Virus record (IMG/VR): IMGVR_UViG_3300037721_000080
Coordinates: 1-38,683 of that record
DNA: 38,683 nucleotides
Origin: a virus
Taxonomy: Duplodnaviria > Caudoviricetes
Strand: one strand, 5' to 3'
Below are positions 25,701-34,569 of the stretch, in pieces (the stretch's first letter is position 1; every line of letters starts with the position of its first letter). The translations under genes were made by a program, and so were the position numbers. The notes beneath the pieces are model-generated. The model made no database searches, was not told the origin of the DNA, and worked only from the letters and a program-made list of their open reading frames with translations.

Positions 25701-26062
25701 ATGATTCCTTTTTCTGCGTTTTCAAACGTTGTTTTTATCTCGTCAAAGTCACTACTGATAAGCGCAATCGCACCGTGGCTCTGCCACATGGCGATGCACT
25801 GCTTTTGCTCGTCTGAGGCACGTCCCTTGCCGTTGGGGTTCTTGAGTTCCAGCCCGACGATACGAGCGAACTTCTTTCCGACCATCGACGGAGTGACGAC
25901 GATCGAATCGAACCCCACAATGTCCGGTGTACCCGTGCCGAGTCCCCCGGAGACCCAAACGCCTTTGATCTTCGTATGCAACTGCGCGTTGCGGTACAGC
26001 ACACGGCCAGGTACGCCTCCGATTGCGAGTCGTACGGCGTGTAACAAGTCTCTTTCAGCCAC
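25697..26062 (-). CDS. VRR-NUC family nuclease (PD-(D/E)XK)
   Basis: ERDL...GTPDIVG...GLELKNPNGKGRASDEQ...W...G. Confidence 0.85.
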   Translation of the reverse strand: MAERDLLHAVRLAIGGVPGRVLYRNAQLHTKIKGVWVSGGLGTGTPDIVGFDSIVVTPSMVGKKFARIVGLELKNPNGKGRASDEQKQCIAMWQSHGAIALISSDFDEIKTTFENAEKGII

Positions 26063-26070
26063 AGGTCACC

Positions 26071-27498
26071 TCACGGAGAGGTGCCGAAGACGTCTTTGTA
26101 CCTGCTGTAAGCGTAGCCTTTTTTGTAGTTTCTTGCGTCACCGTAAGACCGCCACAGTGCGAGCTCGCGTTGTTTACGAGCCTCGGGTAGCTCACTCAAC
26201 CATGACTTAGGTACGTGAGTCCCGAAAGTACTGTAGTAACTAGATACAACGAAGTCAATGGAATATCCTCGATTTAAGCTGAGTTCCAACAGACGAAAGA
26301 ATTCGTCGAGCTTCGCGGACTCCGGCGTATTCTCATGATCGAAAACGAGCTTGAGAGAATCGGAGTAAATTACCGGGATTTTCCGCTCTTTTCGAGGGAA
26401 CGTAAAACCACATCCTTCGCACGTCGCACGTCCAGCTAACTGCGTTAGCCCACACATAACGCACACGGCGAGGGGCGGTAGCTTCGTTAGGTCGAAGGAC
26501 TTACCGTCTAGCGTGAATTCGCGGTCAATGTGTGGGAGACCGTGCTGCAATGACGAGCCGACCAGGTCGATTACAATCGCTCGCGTCTTACCCGGTGCTG
26601 CGCGTAGGACGCGGCCACACTTCTGCATGTAACCGCCTACGAAGTTGCACGCGGACGCTAAGATGCATACGCTGGCCTCGGGAACATTCACGCCTTCCGT
26701 TAGAATGGCGTCCGAGGTCAGGATACGTAGCTCGCCAGACTTGAGGCGAGCGATGGCGGATAGCCTTTCGCGGCGCCCTAGCTTCGAATGGACAGCCGCT
26801 GCGGGGATACCAGCGGTAGTCATGCGACGCGCCACATCCTCGGCCGTATCGATTCCTCGCACGAAGCAGAACCCACGTTCGCCTTGCCCGTAGGTCTGGT
26901 ACGCGTCCACCGGGTCGCAGGCCAGGTCAGAACCGCGATGCTCCGGTGGTTGAAAGACCATCGCATGGACGATCTTCTTTGCCCGTAGGAGCTCGCTGTA
27001 TTTCGCCGCTACGATGAGTCGGTCGAACATCTTGAGCGGTTTGTCGTCGGACCTGCACGGCGTAGCCGACGTGCCTACAATGAAGGCATCCGGGTAGAAC
27101 TCTAGGAGCCGCTGGAACGTCTGAGCTGGCAGGTGCTGAACTTCGTCATAAAGTACTACATCTGCTTCGGGTAGAGGCGTAGTCTTACGTACGGCACCTT
27201 GTATGCTGATGATTTGCAGTGGAGCGTAGGGGCTGCGATTGAAGCCGGGGGCGATGATGCCTACTGGGAACTCGCCTAGGGCTTTCGCGCGCTCCGCAAA
27301 GTCCGCCATGATCTCGGACAAGTGCACTACGAATAAGACGCGCTTACCGTTACGGATACACGCGGCTGCGATCATAAGCAGAATGACCGACTTGCCAGCA
27401 CCGGTGGGGGCTTGGACTATTACGCGTTTAATGCCTTCGTTAAAGGCTGCGCGGACGTCGTCTACTGCGCGCGTTTGGTAATCGTACGGGGAGATCAC
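26071..27498 (-). CDS. Superfamily 2 DEAD/DEAH-type helicase with Zn ribbon
   Basis: Q motif YQ, APTGAGKS, DEVQH, SATP, LTEGVNVP, QKCGRVLR; CVMC...CEGC. Confidence 0.92.
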   Translation of the reverse strand: MISPYDYQTRAVDDVRAAFNEGIKRVIVQAPTGAGKSVILLMIAAACIRNGKRVLFVVHLSEIMADFAERAKALGEFPVGIIAPGFNRSPYAPLQIISIQGAVRKTTPLPEADVVLYDEVQHLPAQTFQRLLEFYPDAFIVGTSATPCRSDDKPLKMFDRLIVAAKYSELLRAKKIVHAMVFQPPEHRGSDLACDPVDAYQTYGQGERGFCFVRGIDTAEDVARRMTTAGIPAAAVHSKLGRRERLSAIARLKSGELRILTSDAILTEGVNVPEASVCILASACNFVGGYMQKCGRVLRAAPGKTRAIVIDLVGSSLQHGLPHIDREFTLDGKSFDLTKLPPLAVCVMCGLTQLAGRATCEGCGFTFPRKERKIPVIYSDSLKLVFDHENTPESAKLDEFFRLLELSLNRGYSIDFVVSSYYSTFGTHVPKSWLSELPEARKQRELALWRSYGDARNYKKGYAYSRYKDVFGTSP

Positions 27499-27983
27499 GC
27501 GACACGCTTTAGATAGGCAATTGCCGACTCTAGAACCTTTGGATCATCGTTCGCGTAACCGAGCAGTAAATTACACGTCATACATAGGAGTCCGCGGACG
27601 CGACCAGATGTGTGGCAGTGGTCCACGTTTAGATCGGCGTCGTTTATGCAAATTGCACAGCGCTTCTGTTGCGCCGTTTCGAGAAGTTCCTTCTCGGCTA
27701 GGGTAAGAGTGTAACCCTTACTTTTTCCGTTATGTTTTAAATTACACTCAGCGCAGAACGATTTATTCACGGTCCGCGCATCGCAACCGTTGATGCACAT
27801 GCCAGCCGCCTGGCGCGCCTTACGTCTGACCTGTGTCGATTCGAGACACCTTTTACAGTTAACGAATTCACTGTCACGTGGATTGCCGCATTGACATAGA
27901 CCGAGGGACCTACGTTCAGCGCGGAGTCGTTTGGAATAGTTGTGGCTGTAGGCGCGCCGCGCCTCGGGATCTTTAAGCGGCAT
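27495..27983 (-). CDS. Endonuclease VII-family (His-Me) nuclease
   Basis: CAIC...VDHCHTSGRVRGLLCMTCNLLLG; N-terminal Cys repeats. Confidence 0.88.
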   Translation of the reverse strand: MPLKDPEARRAYSHNYSKRLRAERRSLGLCQCGNPRDSEFVNCKRCLESTQVRRKARQAAGMCINGCDARTVNKSFCAECNLKHNGKSKGYTLTLAEKELLETAQQKRCAICINDADLNVDHCHTSGRVRGLLCMTCNLLLGYANDDPKVLESAIAYLKRVA

Positions 27984-28116
27984 TTCTTTTCTGCTTACGA
28001 GATGTCTTCAAATGAAACGATAAGAACCAGAACAACGAAACTGACACTACAAACATCAGCCACGTCATTCGAAGGAGCTGTTCGATCGCGCGGACTTGAT
28101 GCTTCCAGAGCGGCAT

Positions 28117-28518
28117 CTACTTCCCGCGCAGCGCCGATAAGATCGTGCTCGGGTCCTTATCGAACAGACGAGCGACGTCGCAGTTTGACCAGTCCAGCGC
28201 CTTGAGCATCTGGTATATTTCCTTCCGCGCGGCGTGGAGTCGCTTCGATTTGGACCCCTCTCCGAGTTCGAACGGCGCTACGCCGCGTCTCTTGCAGACC
28301 TCCAGCACGCGGTCCCACAATCCGAGACTCTTTAGAATCTCATCGAAAGGGTTACGAACCGGCTGGGACCTGCGAGAATCGATATGCCGACCACGGGGGC
28401 GCGTCCTGGCGTTCGTAGGCTCCCCTCGCGCGCGTCGCTCCTCCGCTACCTCCTCGGCTGAGAGGCCGAACGCGTCGCTGCTACCACCGTCAACGTGAAA
28501 CCCCGGCCCGATCTTCAT
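28117..28518 (-). CDS. HTH protein similar to the DnaA C-terminal DNA-binding domain
   Basis: VCKRRGV...ELGEGSKSKRLHAARKEIYQMLK...SNCDVARLFDKDPSTILSAL follows DnaA domain IV; start uncertain. Confidence 0.7.
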   Translation of the reverse strand: MKIGPGFHVDGGSSDAFGLSAEEVAEERRARGEPTNARTRPRGRHIDSRRSQPVRNPFDEILKSLGLWDRVLEVCKRRGVAPFELGEGSKSKRLHAARKEIYQMLKALDWSNCDVARLFDKDPSTILSALRGK

Positions 28519-28700
28519 ACCGGAAAACGTAAGCACGATTCCGCCGCTGTAAAGCACCTTACGCGTTTCAGCGTATTTCGACCTGTGACACCACTGTGCT
28601 TCCTACTGCGTCCGGCCACTGCAAACCGTGCCGATTACATCCCATCTGGAGCCGATGTATTACACCAGCTCCCGGGACCTAAACGCGTGATATTATTGGG

Positions 28701-28747
28701 TGGGCCGGGAGGGACTCGAACCCTCGACCTACGAATTAAAAGTCCGT
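28701..28747 (-). mobile_element. attP core: 3' half of tRNA-Lys(UUU)
   Basis: Minus strand ACGGA-CTTTTAA-TTCGT anticodon arm, AGGTC, GAGGG-TTCGAGT-CCCTC T-arm, CCGGCCC-A acceptor strand; no D-arm or 5' acceptor strand; about 60 nt downstream of the integrase. Confidence 0.85.
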
Positions 28748-28810
28748 GCGTCCAGAATAATACACGAGTGAATACGAGAGCTTACAAGATGACGCGTCGC
28801 GTCTGTGCTC

Positions 28811-29881
28811 TCACTGTGCTTCATCGTCGGGCCAAACCACGCTCTCAATCAGCTTCGCCGTGACTTCCACATCGTCGACCACGTAGCGCTCGTCCAGCAT
28901 GCGCGTCGTCGTGTGCCGACTGATGGTCTTCAGGACCTCGTTCGGAATGCCGGCGTGTGAAAGGAGCGTCATGTGTGTCCGACGTAGGTCGTTCGATGAG
29001 CAGCGCTCGATTCCGGCTCGCACACATGCGCGCTTCAGAGCGCGGTTAAAGTTCAACCACGGTGAGAACAGTTGCTCCGGTCGCTTGTACAGCGACCACT
29101 CTAACAGCCGCCGGAACGCGGGGGCGATCGGAATCACGGCGTCCGCTTTCTTGCTCTTGGTCCCGCGCACGCGAACGCGCCACGTGGTTAGGTCGTGGTC
29201 CTTCTTCCTGGCGTGCTCCGACTCCGACATGCGAGCGCCGACTGCGATGTGCCAGGCGACTTGCTGCGCACGCTCGATACTCTCCGTCGCCATGAACGCC
29301 GCGATGAGAGACGCTATCTCTGGCCAGGGGAGATACCTCTCACGCTTGGTCGCACCCACCGCGAACCGGCGAGACCGGGTGACGTGGTCGACGTTGTGCG
29401 GGTATGCGCCGCGTGCGCTCTCTAGCCTGAGTCCGAGACGAAGGTCCTGGAGCTCCTTGTGGATCGTGTGCTGGCTGACCGTCGTGCCGATCGCCGCCCC
29501 GCCCTCCTCGCGTCGCTGCGCGATGTAACGGCCAACGGCGTCGTAGGTGATATCGACGATGAGAGAATCCGCTCCGAAGATTCGGGCGAAGTGCGCCAGC
29601 TTCTCTTCGTGGTATTTAAGCGTGCGCTCCGAGACCAGCCCATGTCGCCCCTTGGCGGCACGCCGATCATCGAGCACATGGTTGATCATTTCGGCAATAG
29701 TCGTACGGCGCGCGGCTGTACCATGCGGATCGGCCGCGTCTCTCTCGAGCTGTGCTCGGACATCCCGAGCTGCTTCGCGGAAGACACACCCCGTGCTGAT
29801 TCGCTTGCCACCGACCGTCGTCCACCAGAACTTGCTACCGGGTCGTTTCCACAATCCGTCTTTGCTGAAGTGTCGCGCCAT
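28811..29881 (-). CDS. int: Tyrosine recombinase (phage integrase)
   Basis: VGARMSE (R), GTKSK (K), NDLRRT (HxxR with His replaced by Asn), SRHTT (H), DERY (Y); N-terminal arm-binding and SAM-like regions. Confidence 0.9.
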   Translation of the reverse strand: MARHFSKDGLWKRPGSKFWWTTVGGKRISTGCVFREAARDVRAQLERDAADPHGTAARRTTIAEMINHVLDDRRAAKGRHGLVSERTLKYHEEKLAHFARIFGADSLIVDITYDAVGRYIAQRREEGGAAIGTTVSQHTIHKELQDLRLGLRLESARGAYPHNVDHVTRSRRFAVGATKRERYLPWPEIASLIAAFMATESIERAQQVAWHIAVGARMSESEHARKKDHDLTTWRVRVRGTKSKKADAVIPIAPAFRRLLEWSLYKRPEQLFSPWLNFNRALKRACVRAGIERCSSNDLRRTHMTLLSHAGIPNEVLKTISRHTTTRMLDERYVVDDVEVTAKLIESVVWPDDEAQ

Positions 29882-30018
29882 ATCCGGAAGTCCTCCTCGC
29901 TAACGCGGAGTCTTGGGACCTTTCCGGCGCCGATGTCAACGTATTTCATACGACGCATCAGAGTGCGCGCATGGCGTACGGAGCAATCCAGAGCTGTGGC
30001 TACGTCGTGGGCGCGCAT
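29686..30018 (-). CDS. Excisionase-like HTH protein overlapping the int 5' end
   Basis: MRAHDVATALDCSVRHARTLMRR...LRVSEEDFRIW matches the Xis/HTH_17 pattern. Confidence 0.7.
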   Translation of the reverse strand: MRAHDVATALDCSVRHARTLMRRMKYVDIGAGKVPRLRVSEEDFRIWRDTSAKTDCGNDPVASSGGRRSVASESARGVSSAKQLGMSEHSSRETRPIRMVQPRAVRLLPK

Positions 30019-30176
30019 CGTTCGGCTTCAAGCTGCCTGACCCGAGCCCTGAGCTCCATGCACCGGTCCATCAGCTGGTCGCGTGCCCATTCGAACCGTC
30101 GTGCGCGTTCGCGCTCCTCGGCTAGCTCAGATTCGAGCGTCGTAAGGCGGGAGTAGAGGGATGCTAATTCATCCAT
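30000..30176 (-). CDS. Small coiled-coil protein
   Basis: MDELASLYSRLTTLESEL...; starts at the stop of the upstream gene. Confidence 0.5.
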   Translation of the reverse strand: MDELASLYSRLTTLESELAEERERARRFEWARDQLMDRCMELRARVRQLEAERCAPTT

Positions 30177-30409
30177 TAGGTCAGGTCCGAAATGAAACGG
30201 ATCGCCATAGCCGCCACTTGAATCGCTTCTTTCCTCAGTGCGGCTCTGTCCCGCTTCTTCGGACTCTTCTTGATCTCGTCCCATAACTCCTCAACTTCTT
30301 CCAATAGGATTGCGTATCCCTCATGCTCGCTGCGCATCGGAGGGAAGTTCTGTTCTGCGGCGTGTAGTTCCGCCATGACCGCGTCGTAGTCTGCTAGCTT
30401 CATTGCCAT
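30176..30409 (-). CDS. MazG-like (all-alpha NTP pyrophosphohydrolase fold) small protein
   Basis: EHEGYAILLEEVEELWDEIKK...LRKEAIQVAAMAIRF. Confidence 0.65.
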   Translation of the reverse strand: MAMKLADYDAVMAELHAAEQNFPPMRSEHEGYAILLEEVEELWDEIKKSPKKRDRAALRKEAIQVAAMAIRFISDLT

Positions 30410-30486
30410 TTCCTATTCACCAACGCGCATAGCGCGAAGCCAATCACCAAACCGATAACGATGCCGACGAAGTAGGTACAGAGCAT
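30400..30486 (-). CDS. 28-aa single-TM peptide
   Basis: MLCTYFVGIVIGLVIGFALCALVNRKWQ fills the gap after PolB-C. Confidence 0.4.
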   Translation of the reverse strand: MLCTYFVGIVIGLVIGFALCALVNRKWQ

Positions 30487-30487
30487 A

Positions 30488-31258
30488 TTAGTAGCCGGGG
30501 AAGAGACGACGCTGGCCTTTACGCTCTAGAATTGCCTGGAGCTTGGCCTCTGCACACATCTTCGCTTTAACCCTCACCTTAGCCCAGGGTTTCCAATCGT
30601 GGTCCGGGAAGGCAGCTTCTAAGAATCGCTCGGTAGCAGGCCAGCATGCAGATTCCCATAGCCACGCGCGATCGAACACGCCAGTAAAATCACTTACTGG
30701 AATGACTTTCATAGGTGATACACTACCATCTATAACGACGTACGCAAGCTTCCCGTCCGTAGATTCGCCACGGTCGCGAAGTATTTTAGCCACCGTAACG
30801 GCCGGACTCGTGACGTCGTATTCGTCCACGTCCTTACTTAGAGCCTCTGCCAGCGATATGAGTTCAAGCGGTAACTCGTCGTGTAAGATACGATTCCGGT
30901 GCTCCGTAATTACAATGTGGTAGTCTTCGGGTTCGAAATTACCCGTGACGAATAGGTCCACTACGGCCTTCTGTAGGTTTGCAGCGAGCTTACACACGTC
31001 GCCGCGCATGTACTCTAGACCCTTGATAGCCGGTTTACCGGAGCCAGCGAACCGGCCGGCGTAGCGCTTCTTAGCCGTGAACACAACGAACTCGAGCTGC
31101 TTGTCGGTATCCAGCTTGACGCGGCTGTTCGTGCACCCGTACGCGGCGAGTAGCTTCGGGTAAATCTCTGTATTACACTTGTCTACGAACGCCCGGAATT
31201 CCTCCTTCGTAGCACCAACGATGAAACAGGAGTCAGTGTCGGAATAAACAGGTTTCAT
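30488..31258 (-). CDS. Family B DNA polymerase, C-terminal part (motif C to thumb)
   Basis: Begins MKPVYSDTDS; AKKRYAG; IKGLEYMRGD. Confidence 0.88.
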   Translation of the reverse strand: MKPVYSDTDSCFIVGATKEEFRAFVDKCNTEIYPKLLAAYGCTNSRVKLDTDKQLEFVVFTAKKRYAGRFAGSGKPAIKGLEYMRGDVCKLAANLQKAVVDLFVTGNFEPEDYHIVITEHRNRILHDELPLELISLAEALSKDVDEYDVTSPAVTVAKILRDRGESTDGKLAYVVIDGSVSPMKVIPVSDFTGVFDRAWLWESACWPATERFLEAAFPDHDWKPWAKVRVKAKMCAEAKLQAILERKGQRRLFPGY

Positions 31259-32703
31259 GCCGCCTCTGCCGCCGCGAGCGTCTGCTTGATTAGGAACACG
31301 CCGGTCTGAGTAACGCTCTCCGCGATGTCTCGGTCATAGAACCGGCTGTACTTGCTCCCCACGCACCCGTAGAAGCCGTTCGCAGCGACCTTGAGCGCCG
31401 TACTCATCCGATCTGCTTCCTTCCACTCAACCGTTCCAGGTGGGAGAGACGCTGCTTTTTTCTTCCACTCGCTGCGCATGTCTAGAAGCTTCTCCAGTGC
31501 CATCGGGAGCATACCCTTCGGGCTATTGGCAAACGTCAAGCCAGTGGTCGGAGCCACGCAACCAGGCTTCCCCTTGGTCTCCGGCGACATGTTCCACGTT
31601 ATGAAGATAGACGGGTATAGCGCCGCGAAGTCGGCTACGTGAACATCCTTAATGATTCCAGTTAGTTGGGGGTCCATAACGAAAGCACCAGGGTACTTGT
31701 CGCGTGTAGGGAAGTAGCTCGGTTTCGTGGGGAAGCGATACCCACGCTCGGCACCCATACGCAGCATGATTCCGTCAACCAGCTCGGTAGGCTTAATGCC
31801 GTGCGTATCGAGAAACCCGTTACACACGTTCGTAATGGTCTGGTAGAGCTCAATAAACCCGCGCTTCTGTTCAAGCTCTACGAGGATTTCGGTGTCCCTA
31901 AGGCAATAGTCGGCCATCTTCTGGCGCTTGGCTCCACCGGCCTCCCAATACTCCCAGCAAAATTTGCTATCGAAGTCGTGCTTACCCTCACCTAGGACCA
32001 TGCGTGCTACGTGGTCCAGTCGATAGCTCTGCTTTTCCTCACCAGAGGAAGCGGCGGTGTTAGCGCGCTTGAATAATTGCATAAAATCGAGCCAGAGCCA
32101 TTGCTGCATGTAGCGCTCCAACGCTCGCTGGTCGGGCGCTAGACGGCGCATACGGGCACGCAACAGGGGCGCGTCGAACCCTTCGCCGGGGGTCGTAATC
32201 CACTGACCGTTTTTGAATTCTCGGTTGTCCCACGAACTCCCGAGATTCCAACCGGACACTGCATCGTACGGCTCTAGATCGGCCATCAGCTCGCGAAGCA
32301 ACAATCGTTCGTCGTGGTCCGTATCGCCCTTGAGCAGATTGACCTTACGAAAGCCGTCGTTATCGGCTAGCGCATAACAGAGGATGCGCATGTCGGACAT
32401 TCTGCTGAACGGCACGCGAGAATCCGACTCAAGGTCCAATTGGCAGATTCGCGGCGGTTGGATCTGAATGTCACTCGCGTCGGAGATGATACGCCGCGGA
32501 GGCATCACGTCGGCTTCCAGCATGCCGGGATTAGCCTGAGCGTACTGCTTGCGGTCAGCGTAGCGCTTGAATGTGATGCGCTCTCCGGCGGCTGTAAACG
32601 CCTCAAATGAGGCCTTGCGTGTCTCCGTTAGTCGCTCGCCTTGCGGGGAGCGGGAGAGAAGGTAGACGTTCGAGAAATCGTGGTAGCAATTGACGAGTTT
32701 CAA
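31255..32703 (-). CDS. Family B DNA polymerase, N-terminal part (3'-5' exonuclease, motifs A and B)
   Basis: ExoI DLESD, ExoII GWN...FDAP, ExoIII YCLRD, motif A DFAALYPS, motif B KVAANGFYG; no DTDS. Confidence 0.9.
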   Translation of the reverse strand: MKLVNCYHDFSNVYLLSRSPQGERLTETRKASFEAFTAAGERITFKRYADRKQYAQANPGMLEADVMPPRRIISDASDIQIQPPRICQLDLESDSRVPFSRMSDMRILCYALADNDGFRKVNLLKGDTDHDERLLLRELMADLEPYDAVSGWNLGSSWDNREFKNGQWITTPGEGFDAPLLRARMRRLAPDQRALERYMQQWLWLDFMQLFKRANTAASSGEEKQSYRLDHVARMVLGEGKHDFDSKFCWEYWEAGGAKRQKMADYCLRDTEILVELEQKRGFIELYQTITNVCNGFLDTHGIKPTELVDGIMLRMGAERGYRFPTKPSYFPTRDKYPGAFVMDPQLTGIIKDVHVADFAALYPSIFITWNMSPETKGKPGCVAPTTGLTFANSPKGMLPMALEKLLDMRSEWKKKAASLPPGTVEWKEADRMSTALKVAANGFYGCVGSKYSRFYDRDIAESVTQTGVFLIKQTLAAAEAA

Positions 32704-33398
32704 AGGGGAACTCCCGTGGAGATCGGAGCACCCGCGATATCAATCGCTGAAAGAAGACGCGTAAACTCGCTCGCGGAGAGCTCGCCCTTGGCACGATTAA
32801 CCCATCGACAGCAGAGGACTATATTGCCAACGGCATACCCCTTAGCCGAGTCGACTCTATCGAGAGAAGGGAACGTGGGGAACCAGGGCTCGGGTGAATA
32901 CTCAAATATAGCGTTCGTGTAATAACACCGGCCATCTTGTATTGTATGCCGGAACATAATGTCATCCGCGGTGATTGCAAAGTCGATCTCGCGGGCCTTT
33001 GCGCTTTCTCGCGACATTTGAAATAAGCGCTTCCACCACTGCTCCGATTTCCGGCGCTTTATACCGGCAGCCGCACTAATGCGGATACGGTCAATGTTTT
33101 CGGCATACCATTTACGTCCGCGGACACCGTTACATTTACGACAACCATCCGGTCTACCGTCTCGGAAGTTCCAAAATTCCTCTGTCATGTCCTGAGGCCC
33201 GCAGACAGAACAGTTCTTCTTACCGTCGCGGTACAGGCACTTACACGTTCGGTCCTTCCACTTCTTCAGTGCCCATCCGGTCAAAATGCGGGGGGTTCCG
33301 CACTCACATTCACATCGCCATTTAGACGGCCTTCTGTTCAGACACTCTAGGACGGTGAGAGGCCCGACCTTGAATCCGGTACGATCGATGAACTTCAC
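32700..33398 (-). CDS. Free-standing HNH-type homing endonuclease
   Basis: GRCYYT...PSLDRVDSAKGYAVGNIVLCCRWVNRAK; N-terminal WRCECECG domain. Confidence 0.8.
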   Translation of the reverse strand: MKFIDRTGFKVGPLTVLECLNRRPSKWRCECECGTPRILTGWALKKWKDRTCKCLYRDGKKNCSVCGPQDMTEEFWNFRDGRPDGCRKCNGVRGRKWYAENIDRIRISAAAGIKRRKSEQWWKRLFQMSRESAKAREIDFAITADDIMFRHTIQDGRCYYTNAIFEYSPEPWFPTFPSLDRVDSAKGYAVGNIVLCCRWVNRAKGELSASEFTRLLSAIDIAGAPISTGVPL

Positions 33399-33658
33399 TT
33401 ACTCAACCTCTGAATCTCTCGGTTGATGTAGTACGCGGCTTTGCGTAGGTCTTCTAGCTCGCGTCCCTTAAGTGAGGCACGCCAGAGATACTTAACCGCG
33501 TTACCCAGGTTGAAATTCATGTGCTCCGTGATCTGAATGCACTCTATACCCGATGCGTGAGACGTGTAATGACGCGGCTTGTTAACCGCGTCATCGTCGT
33601 CTTTCATCTGTTTGGGTCGGCAGACACAGGACTGTTGAGCGCACAGGTTGCAGAACAT
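33395..33658 (-). CDS. DUF3310 family protein (T7 gp1.7/SaV-like)
   Basis: DAVNKPRHY...IECI...FNLGNAVKYLWRA..KG..LEDLRKAAYY. Confidence 0.88.
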   Translation of the reverse strand: MFCNLCAQQSCVCRPKQMKDDDDAVNKPRHYTSHASGIECIQITEHMNFNLGNAVKYLWRASLKGRELEDLRKAAYYINREIQRLSK

Positions 33659-33667
33659 CGTCTGGCA

Positions 33668-33731
33668 TAGATAATGCGCGTAAAGTATTTGTCAACTACC
33701 CATTGACGGCCAAACTTAAGTACCTTATCCT
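33668..33731. promoter_or_regulatory. Back-to-back divergent promoters for the replication and recombination operons
   Basis: Plus: TTGACG(33703)-N17-TATCCT with TTAAGTACCTTA in the spacer. Minus: TTGACA (33695-33690) with a weaker -10. Confidence 0.7.
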
Positions 33732-33750
33732 GGACGCTGAGAGGAGAAGA

Positions 33751-33903
33751 GTGATGCTCGAAAAATTAGAGAAGGCGATGAATACATGGCGAATCCGCAC
33801 GATCCGAAGTCTCACGGCGGATGAATACCGCCTGGCCCGCATGGTGGACATAGAGCTCCTGGCGGTGCTTGAGCGGATGGTGCGGGAGATGAATAGGCGA
33901 TGA
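33751..33903 (+). CDS. Hypothetical protein
   Basis: GAGGAG RBS before GTG/ATG; the ORF-track start is the -35 box. Confidence 0.55.
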   Translation: MMLEKLEKAMNTWRIRTIRSLTADEYRLARMVDIELLAVLERMVREMNRR

Positions 33904-34055
33904 CCACCGAACGCTGGTACGTCAAGCGCTCTGGCGATGCCCGGATCTACGGCCTGACTGAGCGCCGCGAAGACGCGGAACTGCTCGCCACGCGCCTAGC
34001 TCGGAATACGGGGGATGAATTTTACGCGATGAGGAAACCGGAGGAGAAGCGATGA
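33900..34055 (+). CDS. Hypothetical protein (51 aa)
   Basis: MTTERWYVKRSGD...; ATGA overlaps at both ends. Not in the ORF track. Confidence 0.55.
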   Translation: MTTERWYVKRSGDARIYGLTERREDAELLATRLARNTGDEFYAMRKPEEKR

Positions 34056-34363
34056 AACGGAGATATTGGGGCCTGTACGACTTAGGCGGCGCGACCTGGC
34101 TAACTGCCGATTCGACTGGCGGGAAACGCGAATACGCTAGAGCGCCGGAAGTTAAACGACGACGGTTTATGTCGCTGAGTTCCGCTATCGGATTCATTGA
34201 AGGTCATGGGTTGAATCGTCTCATCATTCCCAAGGAGTTCAGCGCTGTTCGTAAGCTACCCACCGCGCAGCAATCCGCCCTCAAAGCAGCCGCGCAAACC
34301 CTAAGCGTCCACGGCTTCAAACGCGAGAGCACGGCGCTCCTTGAGGCGTTTGGGCTGCTATGA
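34052..34363 (+). CDS. Hypothetical protein
   Basis: 103 aa, GGAGGAG RBS. Confidence 0.6.
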   Translation: MKRRYWGLYDLGGATWLTADSTGGKREYARAPEVKRRRFMSLSSAIGFIEGHGLNRLIIPKEFSAVRKLPTAQQSALKAAAQTLSVHGFKRESTALLEAFGLL

Positions 34364-34569
34364 GAGCCGCAACCCAAACCGCTAAAGCCGCCGTCCTAGG
34401 GCGCCTGCTATCGTCATGGATAGCGCAACCGGATTTGACACTTGGTCAGCTACTCGCCGTCGCGACGCTGGTCGGTACGCCGGAGCGAGCACAGAGGGTG
34501 CCGCTGCATACGGTGGATGACGAGGAGCTGGCTAGGTTGGTGGAGGAGTTCTGTCATGCTGATCACTAA
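34360..34569 (+). CDS. Hypothetical protein
   Basis: 69 aa, ATGA overlap. Confidence 0.55.
   Translation: MRAATQTAKAAVLGRLLSSWIAQPDLTLGQLLAVATLVGTPERAQRVPLHTVDDEELARLVEEFCHADH

Noticed and set aside
28701-28780. Complete phage tRNA-Lys gene
   Set aside because: D-arm and 5' acceptor strand (GGGCCGG) are absent; only the 3' half is present.
28495-28863. 122-aa plus-strand ORF across attP
   Set aside because: The GGPGGTRTLDLRIKSP segment is the typical translation of an antisense tRNA; spurious.
28899-30040. Plus-strand ORFs of 209 and 193 aa
   Set aside because: Antisense to int/xis; no recognisable motifs.
32700-33398. Group I intron or intein housing the HNH next to polB
   Set aside because: The HNH overlaps both neighbours by 4 nt, leaving no room for intron core sequence; it is free-standing.
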